The translations under genes and the position numbers were made by a program. A stretch of 16,714 bases of DNA. Origin: a virus. Its lineage: Duplodnaviria; Heunggongvirae; Uroviricota; Caudoviricetes. Under the pieces are notes generated by a model. That model was not told where the DNA came from. It searched no databases and saw nothing but the letters and a program-made list of their open reading frames with translations. This document shows, one piece after another, positions 15,434-16,714 of the stretch. The DNA lies in the IMG/VR virus record IMGVR_UViG_2541047860_000004; one strand, written 5' to 3'. Every line of letters starts with the position of its first letter. Positions within the stretch are counted from its first letter, which is position 1.

Positions 15434-16714
15434 ATGAAATATCCGACAGGCGTGGAAAACCATGGAGGGAAATTACGTATCTGGTTTGTTTATAAAGGCG
15501 TAAGAGTCAGGGAAAACCTGGGGGTTCCTGACACAGCAAAAAACAGGCGCGTTGCAGGTGAGCTACGCGCCTCTGTTTGTTACGCAATAAAAACTGGTGT
15601 TTTCGACTATGCAAAACAGTTTCCCTCCTCACGCAATCTGGAAAAATTTGGTGAGACTCGACAAGATTTAACCATAAAAGAACTGGCTGAAAAATTTCTG
15701 GCACTGAAAGAAACTGAAGTCGCAAAAACATCACTCAACACATACCGTGCCGTCATCAAAAATATCCTGAGCATAATCGGTGAAAAAAATCTTGCCTCAT
15801 CGATTAATAAAGAAAAATTACTGGAGGTTCGTAAAGAGCTACTGACTGGATACCAGATCCCCAAAAGTAACTATATTGTTACACAACCAGGGAGATCGGC
15901 TGTAACTGTAAATAATTACATGACAAATCTTAACGCCGTGTTCCAGTTTGGTGTTGATAACGGTTACTTGGCAGATAACCCGTTTAAGGGGATCTCGCCA
16001 TTAAAGGAATCAAGAACCATTCCGGATCCTCTTTCGCGGGAGGAATTCATCCGTCTTATCGATGCGTGCAGAAATCAGCAAGCCAAAAATTTATGGTGTG
16101 TTTCTGTTTATACTGGCGTTCGCCCTGGTGAGCTGTGTGCACTTGGATGGGAGGACATAGATCTGAAAAATGGAACAATGATGATCAGGAGAAATTTAGC
16201 AAAAGACCGTTTCACGGTACCAAAAACACAGGCGGGAACCAATCGGGTCATTCATCTTATTAAGCCAGCAATCGACGCTCTCCGGAGTCAGATGACATTA
16301 ACGAGACTGAGCAAAGAGCATATCATTGATGTTCACCTCAGAGAGTATGGCAGAACAGAAAAACAAAAATGCACCTTTGTTTTTCAACCTGAAGTGTCAG
16401 CGAGAGTAAAAAATTATGGTGACCATTTTACCGTTGACTCAATAAGGCAGATGTGGGACGCAGCGATAAAACGTGCCGGACTCCGCCATCGAAAATCATA
16501 TCAGTCGAGACATACTTATGCCTGCTGGTCGCTGACAGCTGGTGCTAATCCGGCATTTATAGCAAACCAGATGGGCCATGCAGATGCGCAAATGGTATTT
16601 CAGGTATACGGAAAATGGATGTCTGAAAACAATAATGCACAGGTAGCTTTGTTAAATACACAGTTAAGCGAGTTTGCCCCAACCATGCCCCATAACGAAG
16701 CAATGAAAAATTAA
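15434..16714 (+). CDS. Phage integrase, tyrosine recombinase family (426 aa)
   Basis: Track ORF begins at ATG 15419; the ATG at 15434 has a better purine-rich upstream region. Catalytic residues in the expected order: R in GVRPGEL, H-x-x-R in SRHTYA, and MGHAD...VYGKW with the presumed catalytic Tyr. The stop codon is the last triplet of the window. Confidence 0.9.
   Translation: MKYPTGVENHGGKLRIWFVYKGVRVRENLGVPDTAKNRRVAGELRASVCYAIKTGVFDYAKQFPSSRNLEKFGETRQDLTIKELAEKFLALKETEVAKTSLNTYRAVIKNILSIIGEKNLASSINKEKLLEVRKELLTGYQIPKSNYIVTQPGRSAVTVNNYMTNLNAVFQFGVDNGYLADNPFKGISPLKESRTIPDPLSREEFIRLIDACRNQQAKNLWCVSVYTGVRPGELCALGWEDIDLKNGTMMIRRNLAKDRFTVPKTQAGTNRVIHLIKPAIDALRSQMTLTRLSKEHIIDVHLREYGRTEKQKCTFVFQPEVSARVKNYGDHFTVDSIRQMWDAAIKRAGLRHRKSYQSRHTYACWSLTAGANPAFIANQMGHADAQMVFQVYGKWMSENNNAQVALLNTQLSEFAPTMPHNEAMKN

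Noticed and set aside
16600-16714. Attachment site or tRNA next to the integrase
   Set aside because: The window ends at the integrase stop codon, so no flanking sequence is available to assess.

Overview
This window reads as a segment of a Qin-type cryptic lambdoid prophage of Escherichia coli; I did not find a clearly novel multi-gene system. Gene names are recognised from memory of the K-12 Qin region plus gene order, not from a search. From left to right: the last 216 bp of an IS1 copy, whose terminal repeat supplies the final codons of a Q-like antiterminator; then ydfU, a 92-aa ORF, rem, and the relB-relE-hokD toxin-antitoxin operon (all minus strand); ydfV and flxA with a sigma-28 promoter; a second insertion element with an rve-type DDE transposase; about 1.5 kb of decayed sequence; a methyltransferase-like fragment; an O-like replication initiator with an internal iteron origin; the divergent dicC/dicA immunity pair; the dicB operon (ydfA, ydfB, ydfC, DicF sRNA, dicB, ydfD); an 823-aa YdfE-like protein; excisionase and integrase. 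The window ends at the integrase stop, so no att site is visible. The items most worth follow-up are the YdfE-like protein (unknown N-terminal domain, zinc ribbon, C-terminal DEDDh-type exonuclease), the replication module that lacks a helicase loader, and the IS1/Q junction. No CRISPR array, tRNA or rRNA was seen.
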